Translations under genes and position numbers: made by a program
DNA from: an uncultured Chloroflexia bacterium
Lineage (GTDB): Bacteria > Chloroflexota > Dehalococcoidia > DSTF01 > JACRBR01
Direction: 5' to 3'
DNA: 64,000 nucleotides
Assembly: GCA_963840385.1 (NCBI GenBank)
Contig: CAWIYS010000001.1
Location: forward strand, 239,411 to 303,410
Shown here: positions 1 to 10,069 of the stretch, piece after piece
Layout of the letters: each line of letters opens with the position of its first letter
Position numbering within the stretch: the stretch's first letter is position 1
Notes under the pieces: generated by a model
Databases searched by the model: none
What the model was told of the DNA's origin: nothing
The model's input: only the letters and a program-made list of their open reading frames with translations

Positions 1-1
1 G

Positions 2-133
2 GTGCACTTCGACACGCGCTTCACGCGCTATCGGGCCGATGGCAGCATCATCGGCACGTACGACTCCATCTACGTCGTGACGCGCCAGGACGGCTATTGG
101 GGCGTGGCCGCGCGGTCCAGCTTCGCGCCGTAA
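2..133 (+). CDS. C-terminal fragment of a SnoaL-like/DUF4440-type small protein (5' end lies outside the window)
   Basis: Open frame from the window edge to TAA at 131-133. The tail ...GSIIGTYDSIYVVTRQDGYWGVAARSSFAP resembles NTF2-like folds. Confidence 0.35.
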   Translation: MHFDTRFTRYRADGSIIGTYDSIYVVTRQDGYWGVAARSSFAP

Positions 134-167
134 GGCGCGCTGAACTACACTCTCGGGATGGTGACCT

Positions 168-944
168 GTGGCGCGCACGAGGACTGAAGAACGGCGGACG
201 ATCGAGCGCTTCCGCGTGCGGTACGGGCACGACCCGAGCCCGGCGGCGCGAGCCGTCGAGCGCGCCGGCATCGGCGGGAACGTCGGGTCGAACGGATACA
301 CGACCGTCGCACAGGCGCGCCGGTTCGTGCAGCTGCTGCGGCTGCGGCCCGGCTCGCGGCTGCTCGACTTCGGTTGCGGGCAGGGCTATCCGGGCCTCTA
401 CTTGGCGCGGCTTTCGGGCTGCGCCGTCGTCGGCAGCGACCTGCCGATGGCGAGCCTGCGCACGGCGCGCGCTCGCGCCGAGGACGGCGGCCCGCGGCTC
501 GCGCGGCGGTCGGCGTTCGTCGCCGCGAGCGCGGTGCATCCACCATTCCGGCCCCAGAGCTTCGACGCCATCGTCCACACGGACCTGCTCTGTTGACTGC
601 GGGCGAAGCTCTCCGTGCTGAGAGCATGCCACGACCTGCTGAAGCCCGGCGGCCGGCTCGCCTTCGCCACGATCTTCGTGCCGCCGGGCGTGAGCGATCG
701 AGAGTACCGCCGGGCAGCTCGAGCTCGCGGCCGCGGTCTTGCGTCGAGGTGGGAGATGACGGACCTGCTCCGGACGGCCGGCTTCGTCGACGTGCGCGAG
801 TCGAACGTGACGCCGGCGTTCGAGCGCACAACGCGCGCCTACCTCGAGAGGAGCCACGATCTCCATGACAAGCTCCGGGCCGAGTGGGGCGACGAGTCGC
901 TCGCCCGGAGCCAGACACCATTGGCGCAAGATCGCTCGCCGTGA
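168..944 (+). CDS. Class I SAM-dependent methyltransferase, interrupted by one in-frame TGA at 594-596
   Basis: LDFGCGQG motif I and the post-motif RACHDLLKPGGRLAF are in the same reading frame, separated by a single TGA. Confidence 0.6.
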
Positions 945-1031
945 CCGAGGAGGGCATCCTCTGCCGCGGCATCTTCAGCGCGCGCCGGCCCGCGAGGTAG
1001 GGTCGACGGCTCGTGGCCGTCCGCACGGCGG

Positions 1032-1835
1032 CTATCGCCCCGTGTAGCGCGGCTTCCGCTTCTCCACGAAGGAATCGACCGCCTCCTTGCTGTCCGCGCG
1101 GGCGCGCTGCGTCAACGACCCGAGTCGCGACTCGTAGCTCGTCGCCTCGACAAAGGATGTCTCGAAGGCGCGCCGGATCGCCCGCTTCGACACACGCACG
1201 GCGCTCGGCGGTATGGCGGCGATCCGCTCGGCGTACGCCCGCGCCTCGTCGAGCAGCTGCTCAGCCGGCACCACGCGATCGAGGAGGCCGATGCGAAGCG
1301 CTTCGTCCGCATCGACGCGCCGGCTCGTGAGCGACAGGTCGAGCGCGCGGCTCATGCCGACGATGCGCGGCAGCAACCACGACATGCCGCCCTCCGGCGG
1401 CAGGTTGCGCTCCTGAAACACCGTCACGAACCGCGCGGCCTCGCTCCCGATCCGCACGTCGCACGTGAGCGCGAGCGAGAATCCCGCTCCCGCGGCCACG
1501 CCGTTGACAGCCGCGATCATCGGCTTGTCGATGCCGTAGAGCGCGTTCGCCTGTCGCGAGATCCACGAGCCCTCGTCGAGCAGGCGGTTGAGGTCTGCCC
1601 CTTCGAGCGTCGGACGCGGCCCGCCGGTCACATCGGCGCCGGAGCAGAACCCCCTGCCGGCGCCGGTCCAGATGGCGATCCAGATGTCATCGTCGTCCTG
1701 AATGCGCCGGCAGATGTCCAGGATGTCCGCCGCATCGCCCTGGTCGATGGCGTTCATCCTCTCGGGCTTATTGAGCGTGATCGTGGCGACATGGGACTCG
1801 AGGTCGAAATCGAACAGCGTGTGGGTGTACGGCAT
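1032..1835 (-). CDS. enoyl-CoA hydratase/isomerase family protein
   Basis: The ATG at 1835 gives MPYTHTLFDFDLESHVATITLNKPERMNAID...GAGRGFCSGADV, a crotonase-fold signature. The long upstream extension in the ORF track is low-complexity. Confidence 0.85.
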   Translation of the reverse strand: MPYTHTLFDFDLESHVATITLNKPERMNAIDQGDAADILDICRRIQDDDDIWIAIWTGAGRGFCSGADVTGGPRPTLEGADLNRLLDEGSWISRQANALYGIDKPMIAAVNGVAAGAGFSLALTCDVRIGSEAARFVTVFQERNLPPEGGMSWLLPRIVGMSRALDLSLTSRRVDADEALRIGLLDRVVPAEQLLDEARAYAERIAAIPPSAVRVSKRAIRRAFETSFVEATSYESRLGSLTQRARADSKEAVDSFVEKRKPRYTGR

Positions 1836-2008
1836 CACGATGGCCCCTTTCGTGGCACCCATCCTATCCGCGCATCGGCGCTGCGTCGATCTCCCCGGCG
1901 TCATCCGAACCGGATCAGCGACGAGTGGACGAGCCTGGCGCGCCGCGACCGCGCTATATTGACTCGCAGGTCGTGCGAGCTTTGGACCGTGGAAAGGAAC
2001 GAAGCGCC

Positions 2009-2518
2009 ATGGATGTCTTCGACGCCGTACGGACAGTCCTCGCGGTGCGGCGCTACGCGGATCGCCCCATCCCCGATACCGTCGCCCGCCGGATCGTCGA
2101 AGCGGGCCGCCTGACCGCGAGCTCGATGAACAAGCAGCCCTGGCACTTCGTCGTCGTGCAGGACCGGGAGAGCCTCCGCAAGTTGGGAGCCGCGACACGC
2201 TCGGGCCCGTACGTCGCTGACGCTCCGCTGGCCGTTGTGGTCGCCGTCGAGAAGTCGAGCCGCTTCGCTGTCTCCGACGCGAGCCGGGCGATTCAGTCGA
2301 TGGTTCTGACCGCATGGGGCGAAGGAGTCGGTTCGAACTGGGCTGGCTTCGGCGGCCTCGATGAAGTCCAGGCCATGCTGGGGGTTCCTGACGACCTCGA
2401 CGTCCTGGCTGTCGTTCCGTTCGGTTATCCCGTCGATCCCGTCGGGCGGGGGAAGAAGCAACGGAAGCCCCTCGGGCAGGTCGCCCACCGCGAACGATAC
2501 GGCCGGCCCTTCGACTAA
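2009..2518 (+). CDS. nitroreductase family protein
   Basis: The internal Met start gives MDVFDAVRTVLAVRRYADRPIPD...NKQPWHFVVV, a typical nitroreductase N-terminus. Confidence 0.8.
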   Translation: MDVFDAVRTVLAVRRYADRPIPDTVARRIVEAGRLTASSMNKQPWHFVVVQDRESLRKLGAATRSGPYVADAPLAVVVAVEKSSRFAVSDASRAIQSMVLTAWGEGVGSNWAGFGGLDEVQAMLGVPDDLDVLAVVPFGYPVDPVGRGKKQRKPLGQVAHRERYGRPFD

Positions 2519-2587
2519 CCGTCCGCGCGGAGTTCTCGTGGTGGAAGACGACGAACGGCATCAGCGATGCAACTCAGGAGGTGGACG

Positions 2588-3157
2588 GTGGCAGAGACGG
2601 CGACGAAGGCACAACTCCTCGAAGTCCTGCGTGCGACGGGCGAGGAGGCGGCGGCGAAACTGCGCGCGCTCGCCCCCGCGTCGTTCGAGGATGGCCGGTA
2701 CGAGAGCGGCTGGAACGGACGCCAGATCCTCGCGCACGTCGCCGCGATCGAGTGGACGTACGCGCGCCTGATCGACGTCGCCCGCCAGGCACCGGCCGAG
2801 GCAGCGCCGGCGCCAGCGTCCCCACCATCAGGTGAAGTGCGGCGCACGACGCCCGAGGAGTCGCCAGGCGTGTCGACACGGCCGCTGCGCGGCGGCATCG
2901 ACGACTACAACGCGCGCCAGGTCGAGAAGCGCGCGAATGCGACGGTCGCCGAACTGCTCGACGAGTTCGCCGCGAACCGCGCTAAGACGATCGGCGCGGT
3001 CGAGGCGGCGGAAGAGGAGCTGCTCGCGACGCCGATTCGATCGGCCGGCGGCATCACCGGGCCGCTCGCGGGCGTGATCATGGCAGTGGCGGTGCAACAC
3101 GTGATGATGCATGTTGCCGACATCACCGGCGAGCCGTGGCAGCAGCAACGCTGGTGA
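2588..3157 (+). CDS. DinB/ClbS-like four-helix-bundle protein
   Basis: A GTG at 2588 sits 6 nt after AGGAGGT. The protein carries conserved His residues (ILAHVAAIEW, MMHVAD). Confidence 0.7.
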   Translation: MAETATKAQLLEVLRATGEEAAAKLRALAPASFEDGRYESGWNGRQILAHVAAIEWTYARLIDVARQAPAEAAPAPASPPSGEVRRTTPEESPGVSTRPLRGGIDDYNARQVEKRANATVAELLDEFAANRAKTIGAVEAAEEELLATPIRSAGGITGPLAGVIMAVAVQHVMMHVADITGEPWQQQRW

Positions 3158-3218
3158 GATCGCGGGAATAGCGGAGCATCGGCCTGAAGCTCGGCGTATT
3201 CTGGCGAGACGTCGTGGC

Positions 3219-3887
3219 CTAGTTGGTGTTGGCGAGCGCCGCGTCGATCGCGGTCTTGAAGACGTTGTAGGGCTGCGCGCCCGAGATGAGCTCGCCGTTG
3301 ACGAAGAACGCCGGCGTCCCGCGCACACCCGCGGCTGCGCCCGCTTGCAGGTCGTTTGCCACTTCCGCCGCGTACTTCCCGGAGTCGAGGCAACGGTCGA
3401 ACGTCCCGGTATCGAGTCCGAGGTTCTGCGCGTAGCGGCCGAGGCTCGCGCGGTCGAGGGCGCCCTGGTTCAAGTAGAGCACGTCGTGGTATTCCCAGAA
3501 CTTGCCCTGTTCGTGGGCGCACTCGCCGGCCTCCGCTGCCTTTTCGGCGAACGGGTGGGAGGCGGTCAGCGGGAAGTCGCGATAGACGAACCGGATGCGA
3601 TCGCCGTACTCCTGCAGGATCAGCGGCAGCGTCTGGCTGTGGAAGCGACCGCAGTACGGGCACTGGAAGTCGGCGAACTCGATCACCGTGACGCGTGCGT
3701 CCTCGGGCCCGCGCGCGGGGTCGTCATCCGCCGAGACGTCGACGCGGCCGGAGGCGTTGGGCTGTGCCGTGGCCGCCGCTTGCGCCTGCGCGACCGGCAG
3801 GCTCTTGCTGCCCCCGTCGTCCGACATGCGCGAATGGACGAACATGCCGAGCACGAAGATGCCCACCGCGCCGAACGCGATCGCCAT
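3219..3887 (-). CDS. DsbA-family thiol:disulfide oxidoreductase with an N-terminal membrane anchor
   Basis: FADFQCPYCGRFH CxxC motif plus a TM helix MAIAFGAVGIFVLGMF. The ATG at 3887 is the chosen start; the frame stays open further upstream, so the start is uncertain. Confidence 0.75.
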   Translation of the reverse strand: MAIAFGAVGIFVLGMFVHSRMSDDGGSKSLPVAQAQAAATAQPNASGRVDVSADDDPARGPEDARVTVIEFADFQCPYCGRFHSQTLPLILQEYGDRIRFVYRDFPLTASHPFAEKAAEAGECAHEQGKFWEYHDVLYLNQGALDRASLGRYAQNLGLDTGTFDRCLDSGKYAAEVANDLQAGAAAGVRGTPAFFVNGELISGAQPYNVFKTAIDAALANTN

Positions 3888-4200
3888 CACGGCGAACGCG
3901 TCGACGAGCGTGCGCCACCGTTCCGATGAGCTGCCGCCCCGTTGGAAGCCGGAGACGGCGTCGGCGAGCTCGAGCGCAGCCCCTACGCTCGGCGTCGGTC
4001 CGGCGGCAACCAGCTCGGCGTCAGCGACGTCGGCTTTCGGCTGAAGATCTGGCTCGAATGGCGTCGATTCCAACGGACTGCTCCAAGGGTCGACATCGTA
4101 TGTCAGCGAGCGCGGCACCGCACGTGCCGAATGGTCCGGCGGGATGGACGGTGTCAAGAACCCGGACCCGGAGCGGCGCTGAAGGGCCGCGCCCCCGGCC

Positions 4201-4786
4201 TTCAGCACAACGGCGCGATGACGACATCGATCGCAGCGGCCGAGGCGAGTGGCACACGGCACGCCACGGGTGCCACGGGCTTTGTCTGCGCGGCACACCT
4301 TTCGATGCTGAGCTTCTCGTCGACGAAGATCGCGACCAGCATCGCCTTCGTCCCGGGTCGCCATGCTCGACGGCGATTCTAATCGCCCGGCCGCAACTCG
4401 CCATGATCTCCACGGTCTCGCCCTCACCACGTATCAGCGCGTTGAACTGCTGCAGACGCTCTTGCGAGCCGGTCACACTCTCGGCGCGGGTGATGAAGCA
4501 GGCGACGGCGTCATCACGCAGCTCGGCCGGGCGCCACGCCGAGCGCGACGATATGCTCGGCAAGCAGCCGCGCATGGCGGGCCTCGCGCTCGGCGACGAT
4601 GTCGAACCCCTTTCGCATGTCGTAATCGGGAGGCGTAGCCGCCCAATGCCGCATGACGCATTCGCCATAAGCCTCTACGGCGCGGTACGCAGTAGATGTT
4701 CTGCCTTTCAATCGTGCCGCATCGCCCTTGCAGTTGTTCATCGAAGACATCCGCCGCCTCGCGGCGCATCTCCGGATGCCCCACAT
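4201..4786 (-). pseudogene. Ferritin-like/four-helix-bundle domain protein split across three frames
   Basis: Three protein-like segments lie in different frames: ...MRKGFDIVAEREARHARLLAEHIVALG, then ...AELRDDAVACFITRAESVTGSQERLQQFNALIRGEGETVEIMASCGRAIRIAVEHGDPG, then ...TKAMLVAIFVDEKLSIERCAAQTKPVAPVACRVPLASAAAIDVVIAPLC*. Confidence 0.35.
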
Positions 4787-5157
4787 TTGATCTTTCTACA
4801 ATTTGCAGCGCATAAGGGTTGTAAACTCTGCGCGGTGGCAGCAGACTAGCGGACGACGAGATGAGCGACGTCGCCCTTCCACCGGCTGATGCTGGTGCGC
4901 CCCCGCGGAGAGGTTTCGGGTGACGTCCGCGTTTCGGCTTCTACCCCACCTCTGCCATATTCCGGTGATGGAGAAGCCCGCACCCGCCATGGAAGCCGTC
5001 GCGCGCCGGACACCCCCGCGGCAGAACGAGAAATAATAAAAGTGGCAAAACGAAATCCGCGCTTCGCAAATTACCGGCGGCCATCGTTGCCGCCGATCGT
5101 CGCGATCGACGCGTATAGCGTCGCCGCGATGCCGGCCGAGTTGGGGGGAATAGCGCG

Positions 5158-5556
5158 ATGACCGGGATTCGCATCATCAGGCCGCACGAGAGGGACGCCG
5201 GCACGGCGCAGACGCCGGGCATGGTGCGGACCGCCGGCGTCTCCGCCGAGACCTGCGGCGCGAGCGGCGTCTGGATGGGCGAGTTCACGAACGAGCCGGG
5301 CTTCCGCTCGGGCGCCCACCACCACGGCGACGTCGAGAGCGCGATCTACGTGCTGGAGGGCACGATCCGCTTCCGCTGGGGCGAGCGGCTGCAACACAGC
5401 GCCGAGGCGTCGGCAGGCGACTTCATCTTCGTGCCGGCCCATCTCGTGCACCAGGAGATCAACGCATCGTCGAGCGAGCGCGTCGTCGGGATTCTCGCCC
5501 GCGGCGGGTCGGAGAACGTCGTCGTCAACGTCGATCTGCCCGAGGCTGGCCGGTAG
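5158..5556 (+). CDS. cupin domain protein
   Basis: GxHxH(x)nE..G cupin motifs: SGAHHHGDVESAIYVLEG and FVPAHLVHQEIN. Confidence 0.8.
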   Translation: MTGIRIIRPHERDAGTAQTPGMVRTAGVSAETCGASGVWMGEFTNEPGFRSGAHHHGDVESAIYVLEGTIRFRWGERLQHSAEASAGDFIFVPAHLVHQEINASSSERVVGILARGGSENVVVNVDLPEAGR

Positions 5557-5627
5557 TCGCGCGGCACTGGCGAATCCGCCGGGCGTCGGGCTGCGTATCG
5601 TCATTCAGTGAGTGAGGAGGCTGCCGC

Positions 5628-6671
5628 GTGATCCTGAAACAACTCCGGGTGTCCGCCGCCGAGTTCGAGCGCCGCACGGGCTGGGCTCTGAAGCCGGAAG
5701 GCGCCTGTCGCGACGACCGGTGCATACCGCTGCCGGACGGCGCACGCGACCCGGTCGACGTGCGGGTGCTGGCCGAGCGGCTCAACATGCCGCTCGTGCG
5801 CGACGAGGCGGCCGGGTTGTGGGCGCTCGGCCCCGAGGCCGGTGGCAGGGCGCTGACGAGCGCCGTCGCCCCCGAACTGGAGCTGCCGGACGCCGACGGC
5901 CAGATGTTCCGCCTCAGCTCGATGTGCGGGCAGAAGGTGCTGCTCGTCGCATGGGCGTCGTGGTGAGGCTGTCGTGCTGACCTGCCCGTGTGGCAGGCAC
6001 TCCGCGGCGAGCTGCATCCGCATGGGCTCGAGGTCGTCACTGTCGCGCTCGACGTGAACGTCGAAGCCGCGCGCGGCCTCATCGCCCGGAACCCGCACGA
6101 CCATCCGTCGCTGATCGACTCGGCGCACGTGCTCGACGAGCTGTTCGGCATCATCAACGTGCCGAGCGGCGTCTGGATCGACGAGCACGGCACGATCGTC
6201 CGTCCGCCCGAGCCGGCGTTTCCGATCCGCCGCGAATACAACGCATCGCAGGCACCGGCGAACCTGCCGGAACGCATCGCGGCGATGCTGGAGGAGGCGA
6301 GCAAGATCCGTATCGATCCGGAAACGTACGTCGCGGCGCTGCGTGATTGGGTCGCGCGCGGCGACGAGAGCCCGTTCGCCCTGTCGCCCGGCGAGGTCAT
6401 CGAGCGCAGCCGTCCGCGCCCCGTTGAAGAAGCGCAGGCGGCGGCGCACTTCGAGCTCGGCCAGCACCTGCACGCCGCGGGCCAATCGGAACTGGCGGTC
6501 GGTCACTTCCGCGAGGCGCACCGGCTGCAGCCGGACAACTGGACGTACAAGCGCCAGGCGTGGAGCCTCGCCGATCCGCTGCAGGGGCCGACGGAATTCT
6601 ACGACGGCGACTGGCTGAGCGAGGTGCGCAAGGTCGGCGCCGAGAACTACTACCCGCCGCTGCGGATGTAG
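5628..6671 (+). CDS. TlpA/ResA-like thioredoxin-fold protein with a TPR-like C-terminal region; one in-frame TGA at 5964-5966 at the active-site position
   Basis: The gene reads ...KVLLVAWASW-TGA-GCRADLPVWQALRGELHPHGLEVVTVALDVN, against the family consensus WASWCGPCR. The same reading frame is supported on both sides of the TGA. Confidence 0.6.
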
Positions 6672-6815
6672 CGCTCGCACCACGCGACCCGGTCGACGCC
6701 GAACCTCCGTATTTCTCACAGCGTCCGCGTGCGGGCGGCGCAGCCGTGCGGTGGGCTATTGCGCCGCCGTCGCGATCCTGTGAGAAAGAAAGTAGAAGAT
6801 GCCGAAAGGAGAACA

Positions 6816-7280
6816 ATGATGGCCGCGATGGAACGACGAGCAGACGTCGTGTGGACCGGCGATCTCAAGGGCAGCGGACGCCTTCGGGTGGCGAGCGGCG
6901 CCTTCCCGGAGCAGACGGTGACGTTCGACGCGAGGACGGGTTCCCCGGACGGCAAGACGAGCCCCGAGGAGTTGATCGCCGCGGCGCACGCCACCTGCTT
7001 CTCGATGGCGTTCTCGAACACCCTCGCGACGAACGGCGCGACGCCGGAGCAGCTCGAGGTGACGGCGACCTGCACGCTGGAGCGCCTGCCGTCGGGCCTG
7101 CGCATCACGGCGATGGAGCTGGCAGTGCGCGGCCGCGTAGCGAACATCGATGACGCGCGATTCAAGGAGCTGGCGCAGCTGGCCGAATCGAAGTGTCCGG
7201 TATCGAACGCGCTGCGCGGCAATGTCGACGTCACAGTGCGCGCCGAACTGGCGCCGGCCGGCGTTCAGGCGGCGAGCTGA
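6816..7280 (+). CDS. osmC: OsmC/Ohr family peroxiredoxin
   Basis: An SD (AAAGGAG) precedes the ATG at 6816. The protein has the typical OsmC tail ...GSPEELIAAAHATCFSMAF...KCPVSNAL. Confidence 0.85.
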   Translation: MMAAMERRADVVWTGDLKGSGRLRVASGAFPEQTVTFDARTGSPDGKTSPEELIAAAHATCFSMAFSNTLATNGATPEQLEVTATCTLERLPSGLRITAMELAVRGRVANIDDARFKELAQLAESKCPVSNALRGNVDVTVRAELAPAGVQAAS

Positions 7281-7296
7281 CGCGGCCGAGGCCGTC

Positions 7297-8495
7297 CTAG
7301 ATCACGCCGGCGTCGCGCAAGGCCGCGATCTCGTCCCAGCCGTAGCCAGCGTCGAGCAGCACCTGCTCCGTGTGCTGGCCGAGTTCCGGCGCCGGGCCGC
7401 GCGCGCCGACGGTCGCCCGGCCGAACTTCACGGGCGTGTCGACGATTTCGATCTCGCCTGCGTCGGGATGCTCGATCGTCGTGAAGGCGCCGCGCGCGCG
7501 CGTCTGCGGGTCGGCGAGGACCTCGCCCAGCGTCTTCGCGGGCGCCCAGATCAGCGAATACTCGTCCAACGCCGGCGCCCACTCGTCGAGCGTCCGTCGC
7601 GCGAACAGATCGTCGAGCAGTCGCGATCAGCTCCTCGCGGTTCTGGACACGGCTGTCGAACGTCGCGAAGCGCGGATCGTGTTCGAGTTCCTCGCGGTCG
7701 ATGGCGCGGCAGAATCCCGGCCAGTACATGTCCGAGACCAGCATCACGAGCATGATCCAGCGGCCGTCCTTCGTGCGGTAGCTGTTCCACAGCGGGTTCG
7801 GGACGGTCGATCGAGACACCCTGACGGCCTCCGTCCCGCGCAATGCGGCGTTGACGTCGTTCGCGAGCACCCAGAGGCCGGTGTTGTGCAGCGACACGTC
7901 GATGGTCTGCCCCTTGCCGGTGCGCTGCCGGTCGAGCATCGCCATCGCCACCGAGCCGGCGATCAGCATCGCCGTCGTGTGGTCGCCCATGCCGGGGCGC
8001 TGCGGCGGCGGCGGCGCATCGGGCTCGCCGAGGAGCCCCATGATGCCGGTGCGTGCCCAGAAGGCGGCGTAGTCGTAGCCGGGGCGGTCGCGGTCCGGGC
8101 CCTCGGAGCCGTAGCCGGTGACGCTGACGTAGATCAGGTCGGGACGATGGACGATGAGTTCGTCGTAGGTGAGGCCGTAGCGCTCGCGCCGCCGCGGCAG
8201 CAGGTTCGTCACGAAGACGTCGGCGTCGCGCACGAGGCGGTACACCACTTCGCGCGCGCCCGGCTGGTCGAGGCTGAGCGTCATGCCGCGCTTGCCGCGG
8301 TTGTCGGCGGCGAACGCGACGTTGACCTCGCGCGTGCCGTCCGGCTTCGGCCGATACCCGCGATAGGGATCGCCGCCTGGCGGCTCCACCTTGATCGACG
8401 TCGGCGCCGAAGTCGGCGAGGAGCGCACATCCGGCCGGCGCGGCCAGCCAGTTCGCGACCTCGAGCACGCGCACGCCTGCGAGCGGTCCCTCCAT
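7297..8495 (-). CDS. CoA transferase family III (CaiB/BaiF-like), split into three frames
   Basis: N-terminus MEGPLAGVRVLEVANWLAAPAG (8495 frame), the body in the 7265-8428 frame, and the C-terminus ...KFGRATVGARGPAPELGQHTEQVLLDAG in the 7297-7569 frame. Confidence 0.7.
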
Positions 8496-8542
8496 GCTTG
8501 TCTCCTCTTCCTGGAACTTCCGCGCCGCGCGGGAGCTGTGTC

Positions 8543-9925
8543 TCAGCCGCCGTACGTCGCCGGATCGAGCGAGAGTGCGAGGCCTCGCTGCAGTTCGCCG
8601 CGCTGGCGAAGAGCCGCGTTCTCGCGGGCAACGCGGGCGAACAGCTCGATCGCCGAGACGTCATCGAGCGCGCTGGTGTCGGACTGCAGGTGCTCCTCGA
8701 GCAGTGCGCAGCGAAGCGCGCGGACTGTTGGCGCGTGCCAGATCGATGCATTCAGCTCCGTGTCGCCGTAGAACGAGCGGTTGGCGACGTTCGCCGAGCC
8801 GATCGTGCACCACGCGTCGTCGACGAGTGCGATCTTCGCGTGCACGTACACGTTCTGGTAGTCGCCGCTGCCGCGCTGCGTGGCGAGGCCGGCCAGCGTG
8901 AAGTGCTCGAACTTCGCCAGCTCGCCGAGGGTCTCGAAGAAGCCCTCGTTCCGGGAATCGCTGCGCGCGCGGGCCATTTCCGCGTTCGGTTCGATCGGCA
9001 CGATGAACGCGACGCGCACGCCGCGGCTGAGCGCGCTGCTCAGCGCATCGATGACCTGCGGCGACGCGATCGCCTGGTCCTCGACGTAGATCGAGCGCTC
9101 GGCCGCGTTGATCGCCCGCAGATACTGGTCGAGGACGCTGGTCTCGCCCCGTTCGATCGGGAACGCCGGGCCGCCGGGCGCCGGCGTGCCATCGGTATAG
9201 CGCTCGCGGCGCACGGTGCGCTGGATCTGCACGACGGCATCGCCTGCGTGTGCCGATGCATCCCCGGGGAACGGGAGTTGCGTGTGGCTCGCGGCATCGG
9301 GCCAGAGCCCGTCATGCGCGTCGCGGTCGCTCGCCTCGTTCCAGCGCTGCGCGAAGTTGTGATGCACGTCCGTCGCCGATGGTCCGCGCAGCTCGACGTA
9401 GACGTCGTGGGTATTGCCGGCTCCCGTCGGCGCGTGTCCCGGCGACACCATCGACCCGGTGTTGAGATTGATGCCGCCGACGAACGCGACCTCGCCCGCG
9501 CGGCCCGCGTCGACCAGCCAACTCTTCTGGTGCTGGCAGTACGGGCCGTGCGCGCGGTCCCAGCGCGCGAGGAATCGCGAGCCTCGCGCTTCCAGCATCG
9601 CGCGCTCGGCGGCCGTGCCCGAGAAATGCACGCCGGGGTCGAGTTGCTCGAGTTCGACGTGCCGCCAGAAGATGACGCGGACGTCGAGACCGCGTTCGAC
9701 GGCGCGGTCGAGGACGTCGAACAGACTGCCCCGGCCGTCCGGCATCTGGAACGCCGGCTCGTAGAAAGCGATCGTCACCCAGACGCTGTGGCGGGCGGCC
9801 TCGACCGCTTCGCAGATCCGCCGGAACGCCGGCTCGCCGTCCACGAGCGGCCGCACGGCGTTGCCGGCGCGAACCGGGTACGAGCCGCTATCGACGAACG
9901 GGATGTGAGCTGCGTCGCGTTGCAC
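8543..9925 (-). CDS. phospholipase D-like protein with two HKD motifs
   Basis: The two HKD motifs are CQHQKSWLVD and VYVHAKIALVDD. The protein is 460 aa. Confidence 0.8.
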   Translation of the reverse strand: MQRDAAHIPFVDSGSYPVRAGNAVRPLVDGEPAFRRICEAVEAARHSVWVTIAFYEPAFQMPDGRGSLFDVLDRAVERGLDVRVIFWRHVELEQLDPGVHFSGTAAERAMLEARGSRFLARWDRAHGPYCQHQKSWLVDAGRAGEVAFVGGINLNTGSMVSPGHAPTGAGNTHDVYVELRGPSATDVHHNFAQRWNEASDRDAHDGLWPDAASHTQLPFPGDASAHAGDAVVQIQRTVRRERYTDGTPAPGGPAFPIERGETSVLDQYLRAINAAERSIYVEDQAIASPQVIDALSSALSRGVRVAFIVPIEPNAEMARARSDSRNEGFFETLGELAKFEHFTLAGLATQRGSGDYQNVYVHAKIALVDDAWCTIGSANVANRSFYGDTELNASIWHAPTVRALRCALLEEHLQSDTSALDDVSAIELFARVARENAALRQRGELQRGLALSLDPATYGG

Positions 9926-10069
9926 GGCAGGCCTCCGATCGCCGGGACACGGCGATGCAGGTTCAAGAATCGGAACACCGTCAGCAGGAACCGATGGGCC
10001 GACTGTAGCGCGGCCGCTCGAATCCCAGCAACTGGTGTAGCAGCGACGACAGCGGGTCCTACAAGCCGA

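Noticed and set aside
594-5966. Alternative genetic code (TGA as a sense codon)
   Set aside because: Many clearly complete genes here end on TGA at the expected position (aroE, alaS, aroK, thyX, DinB-like). TGA is a stop in this organism, and the two internal TGAs are exceptions.
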